From positions 1,184,001 to 1,248,000 of the forward strand of contig CAVOFT010000001.1 in the NCBI GenBank assembly GCA_963695095.1: a stretch of 64,000 nucleotides of DNA. Reading direction: 5' to 3'. Under the pieces are notes generated by a model. It was not told the origin of the DNA. It saw only the letters and a list, made by a program, of their open reading frames with translations, and ran no database searches. The position numbers and the translations under genes were made by a program. This stretch comes from an uncultured bacterium. GTDB lineage: Bacteria; Krumholzibacteriota; Krumholzibacteriia; JACNKJ01. Shown here in pieces: positions 28,907 through 38,350 of the stretch (position 1 is the stretch's first letter; each line of letters begins with the position of its first letter).

Positions 28907-29716
28907 CTAGCGCGCCGCGCGCTCGGCGGCCTGGGGCAGGCGCCACTCGCCCGCGTCCAGAGCCGCGTACTCGGCGATGAAGCGCTGCGTGGCCTCGGCG
29001 GCGTAGCGAAGCAGCACCTGCGGATCGGGCGGGAAGGCCAGGCGCTCGATGAGCGCGCGGTCCACGGGCGGGATGTCGCGGTCCAGGTAGCGCCAGCCGT
29101 AGTCGTAGCGCTCGGGGCAGTGGCGCAGGCGCAGGAGCTCCACCAGCGGCTTGAGCACGAGGGCCTGGTAGAAGGCCGAGGCCTCGGCCAGGTGGCCGCG
29201 GCGCACGGCCTTCTCCACCATGGGCACGAAGAGCGGCACCGTGCTGCGCATTGTCTTCAATCGGCCTTCGGCCTTGGCGAGGTGCTCGTCCCAGTCCAGG
29301 GGCGGCGCTGCCAGGTGGTCGCCGCGATCGAAGAGCACCAGGGCCTTGCCGTGGCGCTCCGGCTCGAGCGAGCGCGCCGAAGCCGGCTTGCTGAGCGGGA
29401 CGACGGCCAGGTCGAGCATGTGCTTGGGATCGGCGTCCCGGAGCTGGAAGAACTCCTGCGAGAGGCCGTGCCAGGCCGGCTCGGGCAGGCGGTAGGCGAG
29501 CGAGATCGGCGAGAGCGTCTCCAGGGCCTTGCGCACGAGGACGAAGACGGCCTCGACGTGGGCGTCGGGCACGATGACCTGCAGGTCCACGTCCGAGTAC
29601 TGGTCCGTGCGGCCGCTGGCGTCGCTGCCGCCCAGCCAGGCGGCCAGCACCTCGCTGTCGGCGGCCAGGGCCGCGCTCACGGTGTCGATGATCTGCTGTC
29701 TGGAGACCCTGGGCAT
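28907..29716 (-). CDS. Nucleotidyltransferase-domain protein (aminoglycoside adenylyltransferase-like fold)
   Basis: AAWLGGSDASGRTDQYSDVDL (GS...DxD) plus a helical C-terminal domain. Confidence 0.75.
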   Translation of the reverse strand: MPRVSRQQIIDTVSAALAADSEVLAAWLGGSDASGRTDQYSDVDLQVIVPDAHVEAVFVLVRKALETLSPISLAYRLPEPAWHGLSQEFFQLRDADPKHMLDLAVVPLSKPASARSLEPERHGKALVLFDRGDHLAAPPLDWDEHLAKAEGRLKTMRSTVPLFVPMVEKAVRRGHLAEASAFYQALVLKPLVELLRLRHCPERYDYGWRYLDRDIPPVDRALIERLAFPPDPQVLLRYAAEATQRFIAEYAALDAGEWRLPQAAERAAR

Positions 29717-29790
29717 GCCGATCCTCCCCTGCCGAGACCAGGGTAGAGGCTGGCCCCCTCCATCGCCAGTGCATTTTGGCCGCCCGCCGG

Positions 29791-29820
29791 TGTAACCTCG
29801 CGGGCGCTCGGGGGTCATAT
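29791..29820 (+). promoter_or_regulatory. Putative ECF sigma promoter (autoregulatory)
   Basis: TGTAACC...GGTCAT, resembling the ECF -35 AAC / -10 GTC pattern, about 40 nt upstream of the sigma gene. Confidence 0.5.
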
Positions 29821-29861
29821 CCTGCGGGCCGGGCGGGCCCGCTGCGGCGGCGAGGAGAATC

Positions 29862-30428
29862 GTGAGCGGAAGCTGGAGCAAGGCCTATCGCCGTCACGGG
29901 GCCGACATCCAGGCCTATCTCGCGCGGCGATTGCCCCGGCGCGAGGAGGCCGAGGATCTCTGCCAGGAGACCTTCCTGCGCGCCATGCGCGCCGAGGAGA
30001 AGCTGCGCGACCCCGGCCGCCTGCGCGCCTACCTCTTCAGCACGGCGCACAACCTGCTCGTCAACCACCTGCGCCGCCGGCGGCTCGTGCAGGCGGAGAG
30101 CGAGTTGGGCGAGGGCCTGAGCCTGGAGCTCGTCGCCGGCGCTCGCGGCGCCGAGGGTGAGTCGGGCCCGACGGCGGCGATCCGGGATCGGGAGCTCGCC
30201 CGCGCCCTCGCCGCGGCGCTGGCCGGTCTGCCCGCCGAGCAGCGGCTGGCCTTCACGCTCGGTCCGCTGGAGCGGCGGCCCTATGCGGAGATCGCCGCGA
30301 GCACGGGCTGGAGCTTGAGCAAGGTGAAGATCAACGTCCACCGGGCGCGCAAGTCGCTGATGGCGCGGCTGGAGGAACACGCGCCGGCGGCCCGCGCGGC
30401 CGGAGCGGACAAGGAGGCAAGGGCATGA
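29862..30428 (+). CDS. ECF RNA polymerase sigma factor
   Basis: AEDLCQETFLRA, LRAYLFSTAHNLLVNHLRRR, LPAEQRLAF, YAEIA...SKVKINVHRARKSL. Confidence 0.92.
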   Translation: MSGSWSKAYRRHGADIQAYLARRLPRREEAEDLCQETFLRAMRAEEKLRDPGRLRAYLFSTAHNLLVNHLRRRRLVQAESELGEGLSLELVAGARGAEGESGPTAAIRDRELARALAAALAGLPAEQRLAFTLGPLERRPYAEIAASTGWSLSKVKINVHRARKSLMARLEEHAPAARAAGADKEARA

Positions 30429-30988
30429 AGGACTGCGAGCGGATGGAAGCGCTCGTCTCGGCTCTCCTCGACGGCGAGGGCGAGCCCGGCGAGCAGCGCG
30501 AGGCCCTGGATCACCTGATCGCCTGCGCGGAATGCCGCCGCTTCTACCAGGAGGCGAGCTCCCTGCAGGGGCGCCTGGATCTACTCCCGCCCGGCGCCTG
30601 GCCGGCCGCGCCGCGCCGAACCTGGCCCCGGCTCGGCGGCCGCACCTGGCTGCAGGCCGCGGCCCTCGTCGCCATGCTCGCTCTGGGCCTGGCCCTGGGC
30701 GCGCGCCTCGGCCCCCGGGCTCCGGGGCTGCCGGCCCTGCCCGCCGAGGGGGAGACGATCGAACTGGCCCTCGCCTCCGACGGCGGTGCCATGGACGACC
30801 GCGAGTTCGTCGCCCTCACCCTGCGTCTTCTGCGCGCGGATCGACGCTATCACCGCGAGCTGGCAGCAATCCTCTATCGCGTCGCGCCCGCCCTGGCCGC
30901 CGGCGAGGCGAGCGCCGGCGAGATCGCAGTGGCCACCGAGCAAAGCCCCGGCGACGCGCCCGAACGCGCGGCGCGGGTCATCTACTGA
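30425..30988 (+). CDS. zf-HC2 anti-sigma factor
   Basis: C...VSALLDGE...HLIACAEC, one TM helix; ATGA overlap. Confidence 0.88.
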   Translation: MKDCERMEALVSALLDGEGEPGEQREALDHLIACAECRRFYQEASSLQGRLDLLPPGAWPAAPRRTWPRLGGRTWLQAAALVAMLALGLALGARLGPRAPGLPALPAEGETIELALASDGGAMDDREFVALTLRLLRADRRYHRELAAILYRVAPALAAGEASAGEIAVATEQSPGDAPERAARVIY

Positions 30989-31009
30989 GATTCCAGAAAG
31001 GAGATCCCC

Positions 31010-32260
31010 ATGCGGACGCGCATCGCGAGTGTGCAGGCGGCCCTGCTCCTGATCGGCCTGGCCGCGGCGCCCCTGGCGGCAAAGCAGGCGAACGAGGGCT
31101 TTCTCTACGGCACCATCAGCACCGACTCCGGCAAGGAGTACACCGGCTTCCTGCGCTGGAACACCGACGAGGAGGCCTTCTGGGACGACCTCTTCCAGTC
31201 GGCCAAGGAGGACCTGCCCTATCTCAAGGAAGTGAGCGAGCGCGATCGCCAGCGCGGGCGGGAGAAGAAGCGCACGAACATCAAGATCTTCGGCTTTCGC
31301 GTGAACGTCGAGTCCGACGGCTGGGGCAGCGGCGACTCGCGCATCTTCATCGCGCGCTTCGGCGACATCGAGAGCATCGAGGCGCGGGGCGCGACCGCGG
31401 CCCAGCTCACCATGAAGGGCGGCGAGCGCTACGCGGTGAAGGGCTATGCCAACGATGTCGGCGCCACCATCCTCGTGCGCGACGAAAAGCTGGGCGAGAT
31501 CGAGCTGCGCTGGGACCACATCGAGACCATCCGCTTCGCCGCGGCGCCCGCCGGCGCGGATCCCGGCGCGACCCGCCTCTACGGCACGCTCAGCACCCGC
31601 CACGGCGAGTTCACGGGCTACATCCAGTGGGATCAGGAGGAGTGCCTGAGCAGCGACCGCCTGGACGGAGAGGCCGAGGACGGCAAGCTCTCCGTGCCGA
31701 TGGGGAGCATCGCCGGCATCGAGCGGCGCGGCAGCCAGGGCTGCGCGGTGACGCTGAAGGACGGCCGCAGCTACCGGCTGCGGGGCACCAACGACGTCAA
31801 CGAAGAGAACCGCGGCATCATGGTGGAGGACCCCCGCTTCGGTCGCGTGGTGGTGGGCTGGCGCGAGTTCGACCGGCTCGAGTTCAGCGAGAACCCGGCG
31901 AGCGGGCGCGCCTACGCGGACTACAAGCCGGCGAAACCGCTGGCGGGCACGGTGATCACCAAAGGCGGCGCCACCCATGCGGGCCGGCTCGTCTTCGACC
32001 TGGACGAGGCGGCGAGCTGGGAACTCCTCAACGGCTCGTGGAACGACCTGCAGTACAACATCCCCTTCACGCTCGTGAAGCGCATCGAGCCCGGCCGCGA
32101 CGAGAGCCGCGTGATCCTGCGCAGCGGCGAGGAGCTCCGCCTGGAAGACAGCCATGACGTGACCGGCGACAACGATGGACTGCTCGTCTTCGACCGTGGG
32201 CAGACCGATCCGCTCTATCTGCCGTGGCGGGAACTCGAGAGCATCGAGTTCACCGAGTAG
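31010..32260 (+). CDS. Secreted hypothetical protein with three internal repeats
   Basis: Signal peptide; LYGTISTDSGKEYTGFLRW / LYGTLSTRHGEFTGYIQWD / LAGTVITKGGATHAGRLVFD; AAGGAG RBS. Confidence 0.8.
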   Translation: MRTRIASVQAALLLIGLAAAPLAAKQANEGFLYGTISTDSGKEYTGFLRWNTDEEAFWDDLFQSAKEDLPYLKEVSERDRQRGREKKRTNIKIFGFRVNVESDGWGSGDSRIFIARFGDIESIEARGATAAQLTMKGGERYAVKGYANDVGATILVRDEKLGEIELRWDHIETIRFAAAPAGADPGATRLYGTLSTRHGEFTGYIQWDQEECLSSDRLDGEAEDGKLSVPMGSIAGIERRGSQGCAVTLKDGRSYRLRGTNDVNEENRGIMVEDPRFGRVVVGWREFDRLEFSENPASGRAYADYKPAKPLAGTVITKGGATHAGRLVFDLDEAASWELLNGSWNDLQYNIPFTLVKRIEPGRDESRVILRSGEELRLEDSHDVTGDNDGLLVFDRGQTDPLYLPWRELESIEFTE

Positions 32261-32352
32261 CCGGCGGGAAAGCCTCGACAGCCGGGCGGGCTCTGTGCCT
32301 AAGCTCCTCGGCGCGGACGCAGCGGCCCGCGCCCCTGCGCCGAGGAGGAGCC

Positions 32353-33465
32353 ATGCAGTTGCGGGCCTGGAGCTGGCGGCAAGATGCCCGGCGGAGTACG
32401 GCACCCGGCGCTTCGCCGGGGACCCTGGCGCCCCATGCCGACGCCCATCCGTCGCGGCTCAGCTACATGCGCTATGGTGGCGGCTTGCCGCTGTCGGAGG
32501 GCGCTGCTGCGGATCTGGCCACCCTGAGCGGCCTGGTCGGCGGACCGGGCATTCTCTGGCTCGACGTCGACGGCCTGGCGGACAGCGCGCTCTTGCATGG
32601 AATCGGCGAGCTCTTCGGACTGCACCCGCTGGCCCTGGCGGATGTGGTCAACGTTCCCCAGCGGTCGAAGGCCGAGGTGTACGGCGATCAGGTCTTCATC
32701 GTCGCGCGCATGCCGCGCGCGGCCATGCCCCTGGACAGCGAGCAGCTCAGCCTCTTCCTCGGCCCGAACTTCGTGATCACCTTCGGCGAGAAGGAGGGCG
32801 ATGTCTTCGGTCCCGTGCGCCAGCGCATCCGCGCCGGCCGGCCGGGCCTGATCGAGGGCGGTCCCGACTATCTGGCCTACGCGCTCGTCGACGCCGTCGT
32901 CGATGCCTACTTCCCGCTGCTGGAGAGCTACGGCGAGTACCTCGAGGATCTCGAAGAGGAGATCCTGATCCGGCCGCGCCCGGAGCTGGTGCCGCGCCTG
33001 CACCATCTCAAGCGCGACCTGCTCAACCTGCGCCGCTATGTCTGGCCCTTGCGCGATCTGCTGGGGATGCTCTACCGCGACGAAAACCCGCGCATCGCGC
33101 CCGCCACGCGTATCTACCTGCGGGACAGCCACGATCATGCCGTGCATGTGATGGAGCTGGTCGAGAGCTACCGTGAGATGACTTCCAGCCTGATGGATCT
33201 CTACCTGTCCAGCATCAGCAATCGCATGAACGAGGTGATGAAGGTGCTGACCATCATCGCCACGCTCTTCATGCCGCTGGGCTTCGTCGCCGGCCTTTAC
33301 GGCATGAACTTCGACACCGCCTCGTCCGCGAACATGCCGGAGCTGGGCTGGCGCTACGGCTACTTCTTCGCCCTCGGCCTGATGGCCGCCATCGTGGTGG
33401 TCATGCTCGTCTACTTCCGCCGCAAGGGCTGGCTGGGCGGCAGCCGCAATGCCGACGAGGACTAG
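32353..33465 (+). CDS. corA: Magnesium/cobalt transporter CorA
   Basis: LWLDVDGL, GLHPLALADV, SEQLSLFLG, MNEVMKVLTIIATLFMPL...YGMNF...MPELGWRYGY. Confidence 0.95.
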   Translation: MQLRAWSWRQDARRSTAPGASPGTLAPHADAHPSRLSYMRYGGGLPLSEGAAADLATLSGLVGGPGILWLDVDGLADSALLHGIGELFGLHPLALADVVNVPQRSKAEVYGDQVFIVARMPRAAMPLDSEQLSLFLGPNFVITFGEKEGDVFGPVRQRIRAGRPGLIEGGPDYLAYALVDAVVDAYFPLLESYGEYLEDLEEEILIRPRPELVPRLHHLKRDLLNLRRYVWPLRDLLGMLYRDENPRIAPATRIYLRDSHDHAVHVMELVESYREMTSSLMDLYLSSISNRMNEVMKVLTIIATLFMPLGFVAGLYGMNFDTASSANMPELGWRYGYFFALGLMAAIVVVMLVYFRRKGWLGGSRNADED

Positions 33466-34310
33466 CGCTCGTCGACGATGCGGACGGGGAAGGGCTGGCT
33501 GGCGCTGCCAGCGTAGAGCGAGCGGTGGGGGAAGGGGATCTCGATGCCCGCCGCGTCGAAGGCGGCCTTGATCTCCTCGGGGATGCTGTTGTGCAATTCG
33601 AGGTAGTTCTCCTTCATGGTCCAGACGGAGAACTGGAGCTCGAGGGCCGAGTCCCCGAAACCCTTGAAGATGTACATGGGCGCGGGCTCGACCAGGCAGA
33701 GTGGATTCCGCTCGGCCACGCCGGCCAGCAGTTCGCGCACCCGGGGCAGCGATTCCTTGTAGGCGACGCCGAGCATGAGGTCGAAGCGGCGAATGGGGAA
33801 GTGCGTCAGGTTGCTGACCTGGGTCTTGATGATCGTCTCATTCGGCACCCGCACGAAGGTGTTGTTGAAAGCGCGCAACTTGACCGAGAGCAGGTCGATG
33901 GAGAGCACTTCCCCGGAGATGCCCTCGACGCGGATGATGTCGCCGATGACGAAGGGCCGCTCCACGAGCAGGAACAGGCCGCTGATCAGGTTGGAGGCCG
34001 AGGTTTGCGAGGCGAAGCCGAGCGCCACCGTGAGCAGACCGGCGGCGCCCATGAGGACGCCCAGGTGGAAGCCCAGCTCGTTCAGCACGCCGAGGATCAC
34101 CAGGGCCGCCAGCGGGTAGAAGGTCAGGCGGCGGAGTACCATGACTTCCTGCCTGCCCGTGCGCTTGCGCGCCACGCGCGTGACCATGGCGGCGGCGGTG
34201 CGGGCCAGGGCGAGGCCGACGACCAGCACGATCACGGCGCGGAGCAACGCGACGAGGCGCTCGGTGGTCAGCCAGTCACTCAGACCAGTGGCGATGGTGC
34301 CTAAAGGCAT
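33462..34310 (-). CDS. Small-conductance mechanosensitive channel (MscS family)
   Basis: GAAGLLTVALGFASQTSASNLISG, RPFVIGD, VRVPNE, FKGFGDSALE, GIEIPFP. Confidence 0.92.
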   Translation of the reverse strand: MPLGTIATGLSDWLTTERLVALLRAVIVLVVGLALARTAAAMVTRVARKRTGRQEVMVLRRLTFYPLAALVILGVLNELGFHLGVLMGAAGLLTVALGFASQTSASNLISGLFLLVERPFVIGDIIRVEGISGEVLSIDLLSVKLRAFNNTFVRVPNETIIKTQVSNLTHFPIRRFDLMLGVAYKESLPRVRELLAGVAERNPLCLVEPAPMYIFKGFGDSALELQFSVWTMKENYLELHNSIPEEIKAAFDAAGIEIPFPHRSLYAGSASQPFPVRIVDER

Positions 34311-35142
34311 CGAAACTCCCGCGGAAGAGGCCAGAGAAGGTGTGCACGACGGCCCGTCGCTCGGGCACGCTGCGCGGTCCCGCCACGAGGGCGGCCCCCG
34401 GCGCCTCGCGCGGCGCGCCGCCGCCCAGGTCGAGGGCCGCCATCTCGCCGTCCTGCTCGTGCACGAGCAGGACGGTCTCGGTCCAGAGCTGGTGGTCGGC
34501 GCCGGCGTAGAGGGACAGGTTCGGCGTGGGCAGGCGCAAGCCATCGACGGGCAGCGGCGCCTCGGCTTCATTGCGAATGTGGATGGCCGCGTGGGCGCGG
34601 AAGGGATCGACCGGCAGGTCCCCCAGGTTCAGGCGCCCGCGCAAGCGGCTGGCGTAACAGAGCTCGCCCGGCCCCGTGCGCGGGCCGAACCAGGTGTCCG
34701 ACAGGGGCTGCAGGCCCGTGTCGAGCAGGCAGTCGCCTCCCGGCACGCAGAGGCGCAGCCAGAGCGGCAGCCGCAGGTAGACGGTGACCTGCTCGCCGCG
34801 GGGGATGACGAGCGGTCCCTCCGGACGCACCACCAGGCCGCGGGGCGGCAGCGCCGGCTCGATGCGCAACCGATCTGCGGTGCGGCGGAAGGCGTAGCGG
34901 GCGCCGCGAACGCCCGCTGCCTCGAATGAGGGCTCTGGACTGCGGGCGGGCAGCTCGAGGGCCGGGGCAGCCGCCCGTTCACCGAGGCAGTGGGAGAGGC
35001 GCCATTCACTGGGAGCGCGGCCAATCCAGAGCGCGAGCGCGTCCAGGCGCACGTGCAGCTCCGTATCGGCGGGCAGCTCCCAGTCGCCCCACCAGCGTCC
35101 CGCGGCGAACAGCTCGCGCCAGTCGATATCGTGGACAGCCAT
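34276..35142 (-). CDS. DUF432-like hypothetical protein
   Basis: LRIEPALPPRGLVVRPEGPLVIP, LSDTWFGP...GELCYA; directly upstream of mscS. Confidence 0.65.
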   Translation of the reverse strand: MAVHDIDWRELFAAGRWWGDWELPADTELHVRLDALALWIGRAPSEWRLSHCLGERAAAPALELPARSPEPSFEAAGVRGARYAFRRTADRLRIEPALPPRGLVVRPEGPLVIPRGEQVTVYLRLPLWLRLCVPGGDCLLDTGLQPLSDTWFGPRTGPGELCYASRLRGRLNLGDLPVDPFRAHAAIHIRNEAEAPLPVDGLRLPTPNLSLYAGADHQLWTETVLLVHEQDGEMAALDLGGGAPREAPGAALVAGPRSVPERRAVVHTFSGLFRGSFDAFRHHRHWSE

Positions 35143-35256
35143 GGCGGTCAGTCTAGGCGCTCGCCGCAGTCGGCGCCACCCTGAATCGCGAATCGGAGCT
35201 TGAGCCCTCGGCCCGCCTCCCCGATGATGCGCAGAGCCCCTTCACGAGGTGAGGCA

Positions 35257-36660
35257 ATGTCCGCGAGTCTGCCCACGCGCATCGAGACCGACAGCCTCGG
35301 CGAGCTGGCCGTGCCGGCCGAGGCCTACTACGGCGCCCAGACCGCGCGCGCCGTGGCGAACTTTCCCATCGGCGAGGCGCGCTGGCCGCGGGCCATGCTC
35401 GCGGCCCTCGGCCAGGTGAAGGCTGCGGCTGCGGCGGCCAACGCCGAACTGGGCGTCCTGCCGCTGGGCCTGGCCGCGCTCATCGAGCAGGCCGCAGGCG
35501 AGGTCGCGGCCGGCGCGCTGGACGCGCACTTCCCGGTGCCGCTCTGGCAGACGGGCAGCGGCACCCAGCTCAACATGAATGCCAACGAGGTCATCGCCGG
35601 CCGGGCCAACGAGCTGGCGGGCGCCGGCCGGGGCGGCAAGCAACCCGTGCATCCCAACGACCACGTCAACTGCAGCCAGTCGAGCAACGACGCCATCCCC
35701 ACGGCGATGCACATCGCTGCGGCGGGGGAGATCCGCGGCCAGCTGCTGCCGGCGCTCGCCGGCCTCGAGGCGGCGCTGGCGGAGCGGGCAGAGGCCTTCG
35801 CCGAGCTCGTCAAGATCGGGCGCACCCACCTGATGGACGCCGTCCCGCTCACGCTCGGCCAGGAGTTCTCGGGCTGGGCCGCGCAGGTCGCGGCCGCCCG
35901 CGCCCGCGTCGAGGCGACGCTGCCGGGCCTCTGCGAGCTGGCCCTGGGCGGCACGGCCGTGGGCACGGGGCTGAGCGCGCCGGCCGGCTTCGCCGCGGCG
36001 GCCATCGCGCGCCTCGCCGCCGCCACGGGTCTGCCACTCCTGCGGGCCGCCAACGCCTTCGCGGCGCAGGGGGCCCACGATGCGATCGTGGCCGCCAGCG
36101 GCGCCCAGCGCGATCTGGCCGTCGCCTTGATCAAGATCGCGAATGACATCCGACTGCTCGGCTCGGGCCCGCGCGCGGGGCTGGGCGAGCTGATCCTGCC
36201 CGCCAACGAGCCGGGCAGCTCGATCATGCCCGGCAAGGTGAACCCCACGCAGGCCGAGGCCCTCGTCATGGTCTGCGCGCGGGCCATCGGCAACGACGCC
36301 GCGGTGGGGATCGGCGGCCTCTCCGGTCACCTGCAGCTCAACGCCTGCAAGCCCTTGCTTGCCCACTGCCTGCTCGAGTCCACCGGACTGCTGGCCGACG
36401 CGGCGCGCAGCTTCACCGAGCGCTGCGTGGCCGGCCTCGAGCCGGACCGGGCGGCGATCGCCCGCCACCTCGAGCGCTCCCTGATGCTGGTCACCGCTCT
36501 CGCGCCGGTGATCGGCTACGACCGCGCCGCGGCGGCCGCCAAGAAGGCCCACGCCGAGGGCATCAGCCTGCGCGAGGCCGTGCTCGCCCTCGGCTTCCTC
36601 GAAGCCGGCGAGCTGGACCGCCGCCTGCGGCCCGAGTCGATGACCGATGGCCGCTGGTAG
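35257..36660 (+). CDS. fumC: Fumarate hydratase class II
   Basis: RIETDSLG, YYGAQTAR, WQTGSGTQLNMNANEVI, HPNDHVN, KIGRTHLMDA, GSSIMPGKVNPTQ. Confidence 0.95.
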   Translation: MSASLPTRIETDSLGELAVPAEAYYGAQTARAVANFPIGEARWPRAMLAALGQVKAAAAAANAELGVLPLGLAALIEQAAGEVAAGALDAHFPVPLWQTGSGTQLNMNANEVIAGRANELAGAGRGGKQPVHPNDHVNCSQSSNDAIPTAMHIAAAGEIRGQLLPALAGLEAALAERAEAFAELVKIGRTHLMDAVPLTLGQEFSGWAAQVAAARARVEATLPGLCELALGGTAVGTGLSAPAGFAAAAIARLAAATGLPLLRAANAFAAQGAHDAIVAASGAQRDLAVALIKIANDIRLLGSGPRAGLGELILPANEPGSSIMPGKVNPTQAEALVMVCARAIGNDAAVGIGGLSGHLQLNACKPLLAHCLLESTGLLADAARSFTERCVAGLEPDRAAIARHLERSLMLVTALAPVIGYDRAAAAAKKAHAEGISLREAVLALGFLEAGELDRRLRPESMTDGRW

Positions 36661-36805
36661 CGCCCTTACTATACCAGCCAAAAAGACCAGAAATGTAGAT
36701 AATAGTGGAAGTCCGAAATTCGGGCCTTTACACTGATGGCCCTTGCTCGCTGGCGGGCCTGCCCAGGCCCTCAAAGCCTGCGCGGTCCAGCGCCAGGAGT
36801 TGCCC

Positions 36806-37411
36806 ATGACGCGCGCCGCTGTCGCCGGGATCCCGCTGCTCCTCCTGCTCGGCCTCGGCGCCACAGCGCCGGCGGCGAGCGCGCCGGAGCCGGCCAAGCC
36901 GAGCGCGAGCCTGCCCGCGGCGACGCAGGATTACCCCGTTCCGCCGCCGCCGCTGTCCGATGGCATCTTCCCCTGCTCGGACTGCCATGTCGACCTCGAG
37001 CCGGATCCGACCCCGCGCGAGCTGGGGATGCACGAGGAAATCGTGGCGCGCTTCCACCATGCCGAGGAGCAGCGCTGGTGCCTGGACTGCCACAATCCCG
37101 ACGACCGCGACAAGCTGCGGCTGGCCAACGGCCAGCTCATCGGCTTCGACGAATCCTACAAGCTCTGCGGACAGTGCCATGGCACGAACTACCGGGACTG
37201 GAAGGCCGGCGTGCACGGCAAGCGCACCGGCATGTGGAACGGGCCCAAGGAGTACCGGCTCTGCGTGCACTGCCACGATCCCCATCGGCCGCGCTTCGCG
37301 CCGATCGCTCCCGACCCGGCGCCCCGGCGCCCGGAGGCGATCGACCGACCTCAGCGCGCCGCGCCTGCCTCGCCCGGCCACGAGAGCCATAGCCAGCCCG
37401 GGAGCCAGTGA
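36806..37411 (+). CDS. Tetraheme c-type cytochrome
   Basis: Signal peptide; CSDCH, CLDCH, CGQCH, CVHCH. Confidence 0.9.
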   Translation: MTRAAVAGIPLLLLLGLGATAPAASAPEPAKPSASLPAATQDYPVPPPPLSDGIFPCSDCHVDLEPDPTPRELGMHEEIVARFHHAEEQRWCLDCHNPDDRDKLRLANGQLIGFDESYKLCGQCHGTNYRDWKAGVHGKRTGMWNGPKEYRLCVHCHDPHRPRFAPIAPDPAPRRPEAIDRPQRAAPASPGHESHSQPGSQ

Positions 37412-38328
37412 TGGAACGCGAGCCAAATCCAGAGGGCGGCTTCGATCGCCGGCGCTTCCTCAAGCTGGCCGGCCTCGGCAGCCTGGCCATCCCGGCCGGG
37501 ACGGCCAATGCCTCGATCTGGGAATCCTTCTTCCGCAAGAGCTTCCGGGAGATGAACCGGGACGAGGTCGCCACCCTGCTCGAGCGCCTCGAGCGGAGCT
37601 ACGCCGAGGAGCGCGGCCTCCAGTTGAAGGTCAAGGCGACCGGGCCGCTGCCGGGCGTGAAGTACGGCTACGGCCTGGACCTCTCGCGCTGCGTGGGCTG
37701 CCGGCGCTGTGTCTATGGCTGCGTGAAGGAGAACAACCAGTCCCGCGATCCGCAGTTGCACTGGATCAGCGTGCTCCGCTTCGCGAAGGGCGAAAAATGG
37801 GTGAACGACCTCGAGCGGGCGGAGCCCTACTACGAGGCCGAGGCGGTGCCCGAAGCGGGCTACTTCTACATGCCCGTGCAGTGCCAGCATTGCGAGGACT
37901 CGCCCTGCGAGAAGGCCTGTCCGACCAAGGCGACCTGGAAGGCGCCCGACGGCATCGTCGTCATCGACTACGACTGGTGCATCGGCTGCCGCTTCTGCAT
38001 GGCCGCCTGCCCCTACGGCGCCCGCCGCTTCAACTGGGGCAAGCCGGGGCTGCCGGCGGCGGAGCTGAATCCGGACACCCACTACCTGGGCAACCGGCCG
38101 CGGCCCAAGGGCGTGGTGGAGAAGTGCAGCTTCTGCATCCAGCGCGTGCGCGAGGATCCGGGCCGCTATCCGGCCTGCGTCGAGGCCTGTCCGGTGGGGG
38201 CGCGCAAGTTCGGCAACCTGCTGGATCCCGCCAGCGAGATCCGCTACTGCATCGACAACAAGCGGGTCTTCCGGCTCAAGGAGGACCTGAACACGAATCC
38301 CAAGTTCTTCTACTTCTTCGCCACCTGA
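37411..38328 (+). CDS. Tat-exported 4Fe-4S protein (NrfC/DsrO/PsrB family)
   Basis: DRRRFLK Tat motif; [38 protein letters not shown]...PACVEACP. Confidence 0.92.
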   Translation: MEREPNPEGGFDRRRFLKLAGLGSLAIPAGTANASIWESFFRKSFREMNRDEVATLLERLERSYAEERGLQLKVKATGPLPGVKYGYGLDLSRCVGCRRCVYGCVKENNQSRDPQLHWISVLRFAKGEKWVNDLERAEPYYEAEAVPEAGYFYMPVQCQHCEDSPCEKACPTKATWKAPDGIVVIDYDWCIGCRFCMAACPYGARRFNWGKPGLPAAELNPDTHYLGNRPRPKGVVEKCSFCIQRVREDPGRYPACVEACPVGARKFGNLLDPASEIRYCIDNKRVFRLKEDLNTNPKFFYFFAT

Positions 38329-38350
38329 GGCCGGCCGCCGGGAGGGCACG

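Noticed and set aside
25161..30380. 1739-aa minus-strand ORF
   Set aside because: Arg/Gly/Pro-rich off-frame or antisense shadow overlapping well-supported genes.
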